In this document: one piece after another, positions 12,671 to 25,860 of the stretch
How the letters are laid out: each line of letters begins with the position of its first letter
How positions within the stretch are numbered: the stretch's first letter is position 1
Assembly: GCF_947568905.1 (NCBI RefSeq)
Contig: NC_079165.1
Location: 82,336,001-82,400,000, forward strand
DNA length: 64,000 nt
Source: Ostrea edulis
Lineage: Eukaryota
Direction of reading: 5' to 3'
Program-made: the position numbers and the translations under genes
The notes under the pieces: model-generated
Told to the model about the DNA's origin: nothing
What the model saw: the letters and a program-made list of their open reading frames with translations, nothing else
Database searches by the model: none

Positions 12671-15089
12671 ATTACCTGCAAATGTACATAATATGGCGCA
12701 TTGGCGTTTTATGTCTTTACTCGGACAAACAAAAACGTAAAATCTGAGTCAGAAAAAAAGGGAACTATATAACAAAAGATTCCGGTCGATGAAATCCGGA
12801 AACAGGGGGGGGGGGGGGGATTCTATACCAGGGCAGTTTTTCCCACCAGGGGGAAACTCTATACTGACTTTGTACATAGGGGGAAATTATATTCTGGGGC
12901 CCTATGGGGGAAAATCTATCCCGGGACCGTTTTTCCAGGGGAGGGGGAGGGGGTCTACGCTACAACACCGGCACATTTTGTGATTGTACCCTCACATTTT
13001 TCAAAAGTAATTCCATCCTCCTCTGACATCAGATAAGTTTGCAAAATCAATGATTTATTTAGATTTACGCATGATAGGAACATGAATTTTATTGGAGACT
13101 TTTCCGATAGTTATTGTAAAATATCTTGTTAAGCATGAAATATTTCTAAGATCCAACTTTATATATTTGTGAACTTCTGATGATGCGGTTAACGGAAGGT
13201 TTTTGACGTTGATATATGGTTCTGTTTGAATATGTCTCACGTCTTAAAAAGTGTGATGACCCATTTATTTTATTTGATAATTTATCAGTTTTAACTCTAA
13301 CAAATGGAAATAAAAACATTTTCTATACTTTAATCAGGTGACATGTGAGTATGGAGTTACGTTAAATGAAGTTTATTTCTTATATTTACATTCTATTTCC
13401 ATTCTGTGGAATTTCCCAGCTGTTAAAATAGATGTACTTTATTTATCTGCATTCATACGAAAAATTGTGTACAATTACAACGCAATCGTGAGAAAATGGC
13501 TATCATCGCAATTTGTAGAAATATGAAAGGCGTGAGATATGAAACAGTGGTTCTCAGTATCATCAACAAACGTAATTTGGGTTCATCTCACTATTCATTT
13601 ATGGATATTTTAATCTTTCCAGCATTTTATTAAAATGCAAATGTTTAAAACATAATTTAGGGAATGTTGATGACGTTAAAACTAATTCAGGTGCATTATT
13701 ATTATTATTATTTTCATCATCATCATTATTATTTTGTGCTTTTGAAGTAAAATAACAGGTCATACAGCTTCAAAGAATATATGTCATTTGAAAAATAATT
13801 CGCGTACGTAATAAATAAAACATCGTGGTTCTTTCTCTATTTTAAAATTCTAGACATATCAATGATTTTTAGGAATAGCGCTTTCGAACTATGAATATCC
13901 TGTGCCAATCCGAACACGCTTCGGCTTTTCCCGTCAACTCCATGACCGAAAAGGCCGAGATGTGTTCTAATTCAGATAATGCTAGCTGTTGAACATGACG
14001 TCAATAATTTAGAATAAATAGTTATCCAACCTACATGAATGACAAATACCTCACAATCAATTCTTGATCTGTTTATCACAAATAACAGTTCTCTTATAAA
14101 CAAGGTTAAAGTAATCCCATGAAGTATAGTTTGTGTTGAGTCATGACTAAGACCAAAACAAAAGTAAAGAAACCATTAAGGACATTTCATACTTATATAT
14201 AACAAGGCAATCATGGAAGAAATCAAAACCAAACTATAGAACAAAACTGTAGAAAAAGGTACACAAGGCACAGAATATATCAACATCATCTGGAATAATC
14301 CAAATGTACAGTATTAAACATCGTGTGGAATTATTCCAAATGCACAGCATTCATTAAACATCGTCATGAATTATTCCAAGTATAAAGTATTAAACATTAT
14401 GAATGAATAGATACTAACAAACAAAAAAAAAACAATAAACAACTTAAAACGAAATGAAGCAAAAATATAAAGAAATCAAACATCTAATCCAGAAACAAAC
14501 GCGTAAAGCTTACTGGACATATTCAAAAAATATAATCTGTTATGAAGAAAACACAGGAACACATCAAAAAACAAAAGAAATTCTGGATCTATAACAGAAA
14601 TACACTGTACTAAGAAAAGATAACTCAGGAGTAGCCCTTTGAGACCCGAGGACATACTGATACCAAACAAAAAGTCGATGTATTAAACAAACAAAATCAC
14701 TCCAGAGAATCCCAATGAAAACCCACCTCATCGGATAATTATCCCTCTATGACAGGGACATTTGTAATATCGCATGGCTTGGAAAAACTTCTGAAAAACC
14801 TTGACCAAAAATAAGGCCTGTCAAACTCCCAGCCCGTATCCTCAAGCCATTTGCAACCGAAATATCACCACACTTGGCCAACAATAAATCACTTTCCTGG
14901 GGGAATGTTCCTACTGACTGGCGCCAAGCCAATGTCATATCAACATTCAAAATGGGTGAGGAATATTTGGCTAGCAATGATAGACCTGTATCTATAACTT
15001 GTGTATGCTGTATACAGTAAGCCCCTTGAGTATATTATAGCAAACAACATCCTAAATCATCTAGATCACTTTGACCTACATTAGTGTCA

Positions 15090-15232
15090 CTCACGACAGA
15101 AGATGCTTACTCCTGCTAGGCATCTGATCCCATGTCTGGTATGTCTAGGGGTCCGTTTTTGTCCAACTCTTAATTGTGTAGTCTTGATAGGAGTTATGAG
15201 ATTGATCACTGTTCGTTATCTTCACCTTTTCA
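15090..15232 (+). mobile_element. Penelope-like element 3' end inserted in the LINE
   Basis: GATGCTTACTCCT..GGCATCTGATCC...GAGATTGATCACTGTTCGTTATCTTCACCTTTT; same terminus as 29753-29917. Confidence 0.8.
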
Positions 15233-15286
15233 TTGGATGATTGCTAGAATGAGTTCCGAGCAAAAAGGAGCTACGAAACCCAACTA

Positions 15287-15456
15287 CAGTCTACTCCGGA
15301 TATATTGAAATCAGGGGCCGAACTGAATTGTTCATTATATCTAAGGTTCAATATAATTGATGTTGAACTACATAGATAATGCTACTGGGGATTTATTTTA
15401 CTTCAATATAACAGATAGTTCAGAATAAGCGACTTCAAAATAAGTGGAGTAGACTG
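15287..15456. mobile_element. Tc1/mariner (pogo-like) MITE
   Basis: TIR CAGTCTACTCC / GGAGTAGACTG flanked by TA on both sides. Confidence 0.8.
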
Positions 15457-16799
15457 TACTGACTCTCTGGGTAACCTTCGTTCAGATACAAACTGATTAT
15501 CCTAAAGTCTTCTAAATCCTTTGAGAAGGTAACTCGTCGTACACTAGTAAGAAAACTAAACAATTTTAAAGGAAAGGGTAACATCTAAAAGTGGGCCTCA
15601 GTTTTCCTTAGTAACAGGCTGCAATGGGTGCCCTTGAAGATAAGACATCTTACCACGTGCCCGTAATCAGCAGTGTCCAAAGGGTCAGTACTTAGGCCTG
15701 TATTGTTTTTTTTTAATCTTCATTAATTTGAACAATATATTATGTATTTTATTCAATTCTCAATGGAACTGAGCAGCAAGATAAACCTATGTTACCCTCC
15801 TCCTTCTTTATTAATGACCTTCCAGCCTGTGTACAATCAAAAACTCTCCTTATTAGCTGATGACTGCATCCTTTACAGATCTGCTCACATTAAAATAATA
15901 CAATCTGTAACTGACAGTGTTTTTTTCAACTATCCAATTATGCACTGTATGATACCTATCATTATAACTAATATATAATTCCCAAGATCTGAAGAAAAAT
16001 TCAGCAGAATAAACAAGGGAATATTGTTTGAGAGCATACCTACAATGAGCGTTTCGTATAAACCGCCATTGCGTCGTATACAAGGACATGGGGAACGATG
16101 ATTGCCGAACATAATCAAGGTATTCTTGAAAAAGAATCAAAACAGAAAACAGGAACTCACTAAGAGTCTTGCATATAGCACTTTCCATTAACATAGTTTC
16201 GTCATAGTTATCGGCCCTAGATAGGGGCGCTACATATTCTCTTTTGAGAAAATGTCAAACTTGGCGTGCTGTCTGTTTAATATGTAGCAAACCGACATCA
16301 AGTGTCTCCTCTATGCTCGAACATTTTAACTGGCAACCACTTTCAAGAAAGGTTGACGAAACATCTCTCGATCTTAACCATGATTTGTGAAATATCTAAC
16401 CATGTCGTTGTGCACAACACACCTTAATCTCGATTGAGATTCGGTTAGGCTGGATATATTTGGACTGACGTCTTCACTTGTACAGATAGGTGTATATTGG
16501 GGGGGGGGGGGGGGGGGGGTTAACTCGCTACTAAATTCAGCCGTCATTTCAACCTCTCTGAAACAGTTCAAAACTTTGGTCCAGAGCTACCATTCTTAAA
16601 TGAACACTGTAGTAATTAATTTTATTCAATGAATTAGCACAATGATATCTACATATCTGTATGTCTTTCTACTTACAATAACATTATCTAATCTTGAATT
16701 AGAAGGATGTTATTGTTTTATTTAGGAAACCTTATGTTTTCTTATTTTGTCATGGCCTACTCGACAAATGCTCGAAATGGATGCAATATGGATTTAGCC

Positions 16800-16908
16800 C
16801 ACAGGGGCTCGTCACGAAATTTTTGTCTTAATAAAATTTGACATCGTCTATTCTATATTTACACATAAATATAGAATAGAGAGGGTCAATTCGTGACGAG
16901 CCCCTGTG
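16800..16908. mobile_element. 109-bp MITE, P-superfamily-like
   Basis: Perfect 19-bp TIR CACAGGGGCTCGTCACGAA, internal hairpin, and 7-bp TSD TTTAGCC on both sides. Confidence 0.85.
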
Positions 16909-17249
16909 TTTAGCCTTTAAAAAACCAGTGTGTGTGTGTGTGTGTAACTGTTTGAAGAACTCAACTTGTTTGTTGAAAATTCATATGAATGCTTGTTGTT
17001 TAACAAAAGATTGATAAATAAATAAATTAAATGAACATTCCATACCTTTTCTCACTTTTGTCATGGCATACGAACTTTGCATGTAGATTTCCCGCATAGG
17101 CCTCCATAAGATATGTAATCGACAGAGAATACACAAAAATGTACATTTACTAATTATTTTTTTTTATACAACAAAAATTGAAACCGAAATATTTGTAAAT
17201 AATTTACATAACCTTATTTAAAATATGACTCCAAAGAAAACGCAAATAG

Positions 17250-17364
17250 GAGCAAAGTGAAAGTGGTAAAATACGAAACTACTGCTAACCTACTTATCTT
17301 GCGTGGGTGTAAAATTATTAAATTATCATAAACAAATGCACTATCAAGACTATATTTTGAAGAG
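17250..17364 (+). promoter_or_regulatory. Candidate promoter/first non-coding exon of the klu-like gene
   Basis: Perfect donor GAG|GTAAGT at 17364/17365 and TGCGTGGGTG at 17300. It lies in the last CpG-containing stretch before a long CpG-poor region. The TSS is not determinable. Confidence 0.3.
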
Positions 17365-18935
17365 GTAAGTGGGATTTTTTCTCGATTGATAGGGTATAAT
17401 TGAATATATAGAAAGAAAATTTTTAATCTGCTCTATTTAGCCTTATCGAGATTCTCAACTGTCGGGAATACATGAAATGTTGATTTTAGTGCCCTTCCCG
17501 ATTTCCTCTGCAGATATACCGTAACCGATCTTACTCGTCGTTGATCAAAGCTGAACGAGGTCACCATTCTCTAAAATGTTTTCTATTGACACTTTATATT
17601 ACTGAAGTTAAAAATTTAGTTCTGTCACAAAGCATGGTGCTCGCCCATGTCATGAAATTCTGCCGCAGTATTATAATATAGGTATGGTGTACTGTATTGT
17701 CGCTGTTTGATGTTCTGATGATCAGGTGATAACATTCATTACTTATTTTATATATATTTGATGATAGTATGTATATTGATGAATTTGAGGAGAGTGAAGT
17801 GGAGATGTATGGTGCTTTCTAAGACGGTTTAATTAACTGATGGAACAAACTATAAACACATGCTGTAATGGTAATCAAGCAGTTTTATGAATTCGAAATA
17901 TATATCTAGTGTAATTTTTCTTAAGCAATAGTGACTATGGTAATGTGTATTTTCAACTATGGTAATTTGATCTACCTGAACATCTTCACTGAGGAAAGCA
18001 TTTCCAGCCTAGCCATGGGTGATGTACTACAGTACATGTATGACAGTGTAAATGAATTTGAAGTATTGCTTGTAGTGAGTTTGAATCTGTTACCAAGAAG
18101 TTTCTAGGGTAGATGTGTAATATACAATTTACTTACTGTCCATTATTATTTGGCTTGTAGAACAGCAATGTAGGATCTCCTCCTCTGTTGGCTGTTTTTC
18201 TACGATGCCTGTACCAAAATGTTTCTGATATTTGAATTCTTCCTCTCTTGTGCACCTCTGTATCTTCTTGGACCTGCCTCCATTTCTCTTCAGGTGCCTC
18301 TGTTGTGCAGCTCTGAGTCTTCTCTTCAGGTGCCTCTGTTGTGCAACCCCGTGCCTCTTCTGTTCTTCAGGTGCCCAATCATGAGCTGTTTTTGTTATTG
18401 GAAGTGTTGTCAATGTTTAAATCATGAGCAACCCATTTCCATTGGCTTCTCAGTAGAATTCTATCTATAATGATTAATTGCTTCAATTGTTCTTTATCAG
18501 AAATTGTTCTTAGATTTTTCAATTACATCTCTGTCAGTCATCCTCCAACATTCTCACCAAAAGAGTAAGGGTGATATGATGATAGGACATAGCTATTGAA
18601 TACCCTAAGTTTTTTGGTTTTGTTGTATGAACTTTCATTTTTGGCTTAGTTCATTCTGCTTTAGATATTGACAGCTGGTCTGCCTAACAGCTGTTAGTAT
18701 GACCTAGACCCTTGGAATTTCTTGTAAAGCACTTTATCAAATGTCACCAGCACTTAGTCTCACAGCCACATTGAACTGGTTAGTATTGGACTGGAGGATT
18801 GATTCCATTTGCCGTAGGTTTAAAGAATTATATATAATCCAGTACATTATGTACATACTTCAGTCCCATTGAATATTAGATTGATTGAAACTTCTAAACT
18901 TCTAGTTAACACAAAGTAAAAAAAAAAACTATTAT

Positions 18936-20000
18936 GGTAGCTTGTTACATTAAATTTTTATTTAATTGCTCGTTAAAACACCTATATGAAGTATGATTTC
19001 ACCATCAAAAGAGTGATACAAGCTCTCAAGTATTTTATATGATTTTTTTGTGATTTATCCCGGAATGATAAAAAGGTGCTTTGTTTGCAAATAAGGTACG
19101 CTAGAGTCTAAATTTTGCTGTGATTTGATGCATAATATGAATACCTAAGAAAACGACTCAGATAGACGTTCTAACTTTTTTAATAAAATTTTTTATGAAA
19201 ATTCAAATTTTATTTGCTCATATTTTTTAAATCTACGAATAAAATCATCAAAAAACACGTCAATCAGAAAAAAGATAATTCTTAAAGAAATAGATTTTAA
19301 AAAGAAATTGAAATGAAATGGTCAAAATTCTTAAATATTACGATTTTTCAAATTTGAACCAAGCTCGCTTGGAATTATAAAAAAAATAGTCATATAGAAC
19401 ATCATAATCGAAAAACTACATTCCCTTGATGTAAAATGGTTTACAAATTAAATGAATTCATAAAGGAAACTAATTTCTTGATGAACAGTGCATACAGTTA
19501 GCAACAAAATATGATTATTTTAGTAATTTCTGTCAATTTTGATCGGGATCGGTACTTTTCTTCTCGTTTGAATAAAGTGATATTAGTGATTATATCCGAA
19601 ATTTGGTCATTTTGTTTCAGTTTCTTTTTATAATATATTTCTCTGATATATCTCTTTTCTGACATGTTTTTAGAAGATTTTATCTATAGATGTAAAAGAT
19701 CTTAACAAATAATGTTTTCAATTTTCATATTATTTTCTTAAAAATTAGAACGTTTATATCTGAATCTTATAGGCATGTTTTATTAGATATTTGTGTCATG
19801 TACCAAATCACAGCGAAATTTGGACTCTAGAATCTTTTATTTGCAAACAAAACACCTTTTTTATCATTCCGGGAAAATCACAAAAAATTCATATAAGATA
19901 ATTGAGAGCTTAATTGTATCACTCTTTCGATGGTGAAATCATACTTCATAAGAGGTGTTTTAATGAACCATTAAATAAACTTTTAGTGTAATGAGCTACC
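18936..20000. mobile_element. Non-autonomous Kolobok-like transposon, almost fully palindromic
   Basis: Ends TTAT|GGTAGC ... GCTACC|TTAA (TTAA-type TSD, RR..YY termini); the two arms are inverted copies over ~400 bp. Confidence 0.8.
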
Positions 20001-22960
20001 TTAATGCCTATTGAAAATATTTAGGATTCAATTTCATTGGTTGTTTACAATTGTTTCTATGACGTTACAAAAGATATCACTTTCTGCAATTTCTCTAAAC
20101 ATTTAACTACTGTAACAGGAGTTTGTATTGGTTTCTCAAGGCAAGTAATTTACAAATTTGATCTATAACCCCTACTTCTTTGTATTTAATCTTAAATTTT
20201 GAGAAAAGACATTGCAACTTGTATACAATTTTTAAAACTGACAGTACTCCTAATGTGTTCTTTTGAACTCTAAATTTCCATATGTATGATGTTCAAATTT
20301 TTATATATGTTAACTGCAAAGAGGTCATTATTTTCAATCTACAAATTTATATATCTATATTCTTACAAGGCATGTGTGTCCATCGATTGATTTGTGTTGA
20401 CACCAGCAGACAAAAGTAGTTGATGCAAATAAAGCAAAAGTAGATTTTCTGAGCAAAAAGGTTAAGTTTAAACACTAAATAGCTCACTATGACAATGATG
20501 ACACCTATTTTTCTTCTTGTAATTCACTGCTCTTCCTTCTCCGAACAAACTGACAATACCACAAAACTCAGGTTCGAACCTTTTCAAATTTTAACAAAGT
20601 TCATTACCAGTGTTTATTTCAGATTCATTAAGACATACATGTATGGATACTCATCATAGATATATATGTGTAAATACTGATTTTAAATCAGGGATTGTCT
20701 TTTCCTTCTGAGTGTTGCATGTACTTTAGAAATGAATTACTTGCATGCAGATTAATTGAATGCGATAATGAAAATGAATCTGTTTAGCAACTTTGAAGAA
20801 TATGATATTTACAGTTAGAAGGTGGCCACACAAAGAGAAAGGTAGTCAGAGGTTTTGTAAATTGATAGGCTGCTGTTGAATCTCAGCTCTATTATTCTCA
20901 CCTCTATTATATTGTTCTTGTTTAATTAGTAAACTGTAAATTTGTTGACATTCCAATCGTAATTACTTCCATTGTCTGCATTACTTCTTGACTGTATAAT
21001 GATGTTGTAAACAAAATGGCATTTTGAGTCCCTTGGTTGTTTTTGAAAAAGGTTGTACCTGATCAGATGTGTGCATGCAGTCCTCTCTATTGCCTTGGTG
21101 ATATGATTTAGATTGCTTATATGTTTTGTACAAAGCAGATCTAGTTTATGGGAGTTTTATTAGGAATACACATCTGAGTGTGTGTCAGTTGACCCCCCTG
21201 TGTACTGGTCTCTAAGGAGGTGCTACTGTGACCAGACTTGCTGGGACTATCAGGTGACTGTGTTAAAAAAAGAACATACTATGGATTAATTCTTAGGAAA
21301 CTTTACATCATTTGTGGTGAGATTCAAAATATTATTAATGCTATTTTGTTTGTTTATGCAGGTAAGATACGATACTATTTTTCTTGTAAATGTCAACAAA
21401 ATATAGTGTTGTGGATATTTCATTCGTTATACATGTAATTAGTAAATAGCAAAATACTTGCTTGTACATTTGTATCCATACGTATGTAGGCGTATGTAAA
21501 TGGAAACAGAATTATCCGTGTACCAAATTCATCTGTAATAGTGATTGTGTGTTTGATTGCATTCCAGGAAAATTGATTTTTTTTTTGTATTGGAAGGTAA
21601 TTTAAATATTGATTTTCCTACCTTCAGTAGTATGTCTTGGGTATAGCAGTGCATAGTGAGTTAGTGGGAGGGATTGGCCTCGAAATGTTTAAATGTTTCA
21701 TCCGATGACAACTAATTTCATATTTTGAGTGATTTTGAAAGAAGGGAAATACATTTTGTACTAGCTCCCATAACTTTCTTCTTTTTCAGATTTTATTTCT
21801 GACTTCAGCTTTTAATGAAAACCATCTTTGTGAATCACCACAGTGTCTCGGTGAATCACAAAGTGTTATGACAGTAAAAATTTGTCTTTTTGGCTGCCCA
21901 GGGCAGTAGCCATTACACATGGTGTTTTATGATACAGTTTATTGTAGCTGAACACGGACACTTGTCATACATATACTCTTATAGAACTGGGGTTTTTTGT
22001 ATGTGACAGGGAGGGAAAGGGGATACCAGTTTGTTTGGGGGACCAATCAAAATGAATGTCATTTGATATGGGAATTGCATTCATATAATGGAACTTTTAG
22101 GTAATCATATATATATATATATTGGTAACTGCCATGTGATACTCTGAGTAGCAGTGATTTATTTTTATCAGTTGAGGTTTGGTATCAGCAGGTATCACAC
22201 TGTCATAGTGGCAGCCAGACTTCGATCCTTTTGAATCATATAAGGAAAATAGATATCAGTAACATATTGCTCATCCTTTTCATTAAGTTTCAAATTTCAT
22301 TACTTATAGTGCAATTAAGTTAATTAACTCAGTGTGGTCACCAATCTATCTAGGTTTTGAGTTCAAATCTCACACACCCCCCCTGATTATTTCCTATTCA
22401 AATTGCATGTAGTAAATTTTAGAGTTTTCAATTTATTGTACATATCCTTTACTTTGCATTCATGTGTAATACAATCCCAAACATTTCTCCATTAAGTCTG
22501 GTCAAGAATTGATATGGAAGTGACAGTTTCTCTGTTCAACACCTGTGAGTCTGAGTAAGTTAACATTATTTGTGGTTTAACATTCTTAGAGAAACTGAGT
22601 GACTTTGAATCAACCAGCGTGATCTTACACCAGGTAGTAGGATGTTTTAATCTTGTGAGAAATGGTTTATTTAATGAAAGTGGTGAGATCAAAAGAATGT
22701 ACATTTAGATGTCAATGTATAGTTTATCAAAAAACTGGTAAGACTCTGGGGTGTGTGTCACACAGAGGGCATGCTTCAGTTTAAACTTTAAAAAGACATT
22801 GATGCTACAGGTTGAAAAAGGGGGTCAGACAAGTGTGTGACCTCTATCTATATCGTGTTGGTTGCAAAAAGATTTACAAGGGTCAGTGAGGAAATTGAAA
22901 TAGGGGATGATTTGTTCAAACCACAAGTAAAGGTTTAGGATATGATGCCATCTAGCTATG

Positions 22961-23140
22961 ACTGTCTTACAAGTACCCCCACCCTACCCCAACAACAACA
23001 CCTTCCTGTCCCCACCCTACCCCAACAACAACACCTTCCTGTCCCCACCCTACCCCAACAACAACACCTTCCTGTATAACACTGCTGTCTTACAAGTACC
23101 CCCACCCTACCCCAACAACACCTTCCTGTATAACACTGTG
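22961..23140. repeat. C-rich short tandem repeat (CCCCACCCTACCCCAACAACAACACCTTCCTGT), 4 copies
   Basis: Direct reading; it explains the repetitive ORFs PPPYPNNNTF and GRCCCWGRVG. Confidence 0.9.
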
Positions 23141-23413
23141 CACAAGATTTGAAAACTCCAGTAATTTTCTGTGATATATATATATATAGAATCACTGAAA
23201 GGCAAATTGGAGTGGACAAGTTGTCACATTTTCTGCTTCATATGTGACACAACCTGTGAAAGCTCTACAGGTGTAGTCTGATGATCTATCGGATCTGTCT
23301 ATCATAAATAGGATTGTAACATGTGGAGTCAAATTCCATGTTTACTTGTTAAGGAGTTACTCTACATCATCATAATGACTGACTTCCTTTTAAAACATGG
23401 ATGAAAATATAAA

Positions 23414-23560
23414 TAGCTCAGTAGGTTAGCTGAAGAAAAAAAGCATGTCAGCTGCTGAACTGTAAGATCATGTGTTCGAGTCCAGCAGGGGTTTTAAGTT
23501 TTTTTTCTTCAGATTGCTTCCTACTAAAACTGCATTTTTTGACTATATAAACAAAGTAAA
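23414..23560 (+). mobile_element. Degenerate tRNA-derived SINE
   Basis: A-box-like TAGCTCAGTAGGTTAG and B-box-like GTTCGAGTCC followed by a T-rich tail; no intact cloverleaf. Confidence 0.5.
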
Positions 23561-23712
23561 TTTGAAAGTTTTCAATTTCAAAATATTGTTGTACATATCC
23601 TCCACTTTTCATCCATATCAAATTTCTCTTGTGTAGCATACATCCTTAAAGAAAATAATTCTGGTCTGTGATGTGTAAATCAATTTTTATGCTCCTATCA
23701 TAAAAGGGCAGT

Positions 23713-24194
23713 TGTAGTTTATAGGACTTCATTCACTGTAGTTTACAGGACTTCTTTTCGCTGAAGTTTATAGGACTTCTTTTCGCTGTAGTTTATAGGA
23801 CTTCTTTTCGCTGAAGTTTATAGGACTTCTTTTCACTGAAGTTTACAGGACTTCTTTTCGCTGTAGTTTACAGGACTTCTTTTCGCTGTAGTTTAATTAC
23901 AGGACTTCTTTTCACTGTAGTTTACAGGACTTTTTTTCGCTGTAGTTTACAGGACTTCTTTTCGCTGTAGTTTAATTACATGACTTCTTTTCGCTGTAGT
24001 TTACAGGACTTCTTTTCGCTGTAGTTTAATTACAGGACTTCTTTTCACTGTAGTTTACAGGACTTCTTTTTTCTGTAGTTTACAGGACTTCTTTTTTCTG
24101 TAGTTCACAGGACTTCTTTTTGCTGTAGTTTATAGGATTCTTTTCACTGTAGTTTACAGAACTTTTCATTGTTGTTCACAGGACTTCTTTTTGC
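23713..24194. repeat. ~25-bp minisatellite, ~18 copies
   Basis: Unit CAGGACTTCTTTTCGCTGTAGTTTA. Confidence 0.95.
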
Positions 24195-24446
24195 TTTCAT
24201 TGTAGATACTGAGCTGATATTTGGTGTGTACTTATTGACGAGTTTCAGATCAAGTTCCAAGTTTCACTCTAATGAACTAATTTACAGTGGATTCATGCCC
24301 CTAGAATTTTGAAAATCACTTAAGAGTTCATAGTTTTCTAGACTTTATTTTGCTATACTTGTAAATATTCAGAGTTGACTTTTGGTGTGCAATATTACCT
24401 GAACTCAAAATGTCTTAAAGTTTATGGTGCAATTATTATTGATGAT

Positions 24447-24518
<72 letters not shown>
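24447..24518. repeat. (TC)n microsatellite
   Basis: Direct reading. Confidence 0.97.
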
Positions 24519-24524
<6 letters not shown>

Positions 24525-24544
24525 TGACACAAAATATATACATA

Positions 24545-24860
24545 GGCTTCTTGATCAGGAGGTCATGGGTTCAAGTCTTGTTGGTGCCTTGGTCGTGTTA
24601 AACCTATGACATAGTGGTAAAAGTAAGTGGTGACTCCTCCTTCACCAACCACTCAGCATTTAAAGGTGAGAGTCATGCAGACTCTGAAATCTGAGGTCTG
24701 GTGTTATATCAGGTGTTGGTATGATAAAGAACCCCCACTGCTACAGGCCTGAGTGCCATCCATAGGTCTAGATTTGTGGTACTTGATCTGAACAGCTAAT
24801 GATGTCTAAATATTAGTGATTTTTTTTCGAAGGGACGTTAAACAAATCAAAAACAAAACT
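24545..24860 (+). mobile_element. Old tRNA-headed Meta-core SINE (diverged family)
   Basis: B-box GGTTCAAGTC, core GGTGTTGGTATGATAAAGAACCCCCACTGCT and tail GGGACGTTAAACAAATCAAAAAC. Confidence 0.7.
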
Positions 24861-25860
24861 TTGCTTCTGGGCAGGGACATTTGTGTCATATTGATGCTTA
24901 ATGAAGAGCTCACTCTGAGAAAGCAGAAGACCTGTCCATGCTGTTATCTTGCAGAAAAGCTTTGTGCACTTCAATACTTTGTATATAATGTTGTTCTTAA
25001 TTTACATATGAAACATACCGGATATGTAGCATAGATATATGATAGTCAATTAAATTCTAATTCTGAAAAGCAGTATCCACATTTTCTAGGTCACATCCAG
25101 ACTTTTAAAAATCCATTTTTTGTATTCTGGCACTTGCAGTTACTTACACCTGTCATACAAATCAAACAAGAGTCACAAAATATTAGCATGTACAATGAAA
25201 GGCAAACTTAATTCAAACATTTTGAATGTCAGATCCGAGTTCCACCTAAATCTGTTACAGGTGGATGTTATAAATTAACATATATAATCGTTGCTTAAAA
25301 GCATGTAAAAGTGCAACGGTACTACTGTTTGTTAATCAAAGATTAAATATGCTTAACCTGTTACAGATAAATCGACAATGTACTTTTGAATATGAGATTC
25401 ATATATTTGTAAGGGACATATAATTTTGTTAAATGTACATTTTTTTTTTTAAACTTCTAACTTTGGGTAGATTTTGGCTGTGTTTGTAGGTGTCTTGATG
25501 ATGGTAGTAAGTGTACTTTCCGACTTTTAAATATACTTATGATGAAATATTTAAAGCTCCCGTGATTAGGCATGCAGAGGAACACTCCCACATATGAATA
25601 GAATGTCAGTGCCTGGAGACATACTGTGTCAATAATGTGTCAACCTTAACCTTTCTACCACATCTTAACTGTTCCCCAGCCAGTAGTCTTCTTTGTAAGA
25701 ACTATAAATGTCCAAAAGTCTTCATGAATTGATGGTTTGTTAAATGATCAAGTACTTTTATACTATATTTTGGCTTTTGTAATACTGTATTCACAAAAGG
25801 TTATTGATTTGGTGGCAGCTAGATTTATTTGGTATATCCTAGCTGCATCATATGTGGTGG

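Larger units (their letters stand above)
11197..12971. mobile_element. Remnant ends of a non-autonomous DNA element enclosing Penelope-like fragments
   Basis: TAGAATTTCCCCC motifs at 11197-11285 are mirrored by GGGGGAAA..T(C/A)TA motifs at 12790-12971, ending ACACCGG. Confidence 0.4.
14020..15875 (+). mobile_element. Heavily decayed CR1/L2-group LINE (EN end plus RT), interrupted by later insertions
   Basis: Frame remnants ILDLFITNNSSLINKV, PARILKPFATEISPHL, VPTDWRQANV, RPVSITCVCC and FINDLPACV..LLADDCILYR. Confidence 0.75.

Noticed and set aside
18129-18470. Overlapping ORFs on both strands with short internal repeats
   Set aside because: No recognisable domain; explained by a ~36-bp local duplication in purine/pyrimidine-skewed sequence.
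23414-23495. tRNA gene
   Set aside because: A/B boxes are present but there is no acceptor or anticodon stem; called a SINE relic. The same applies to 38349-38430.
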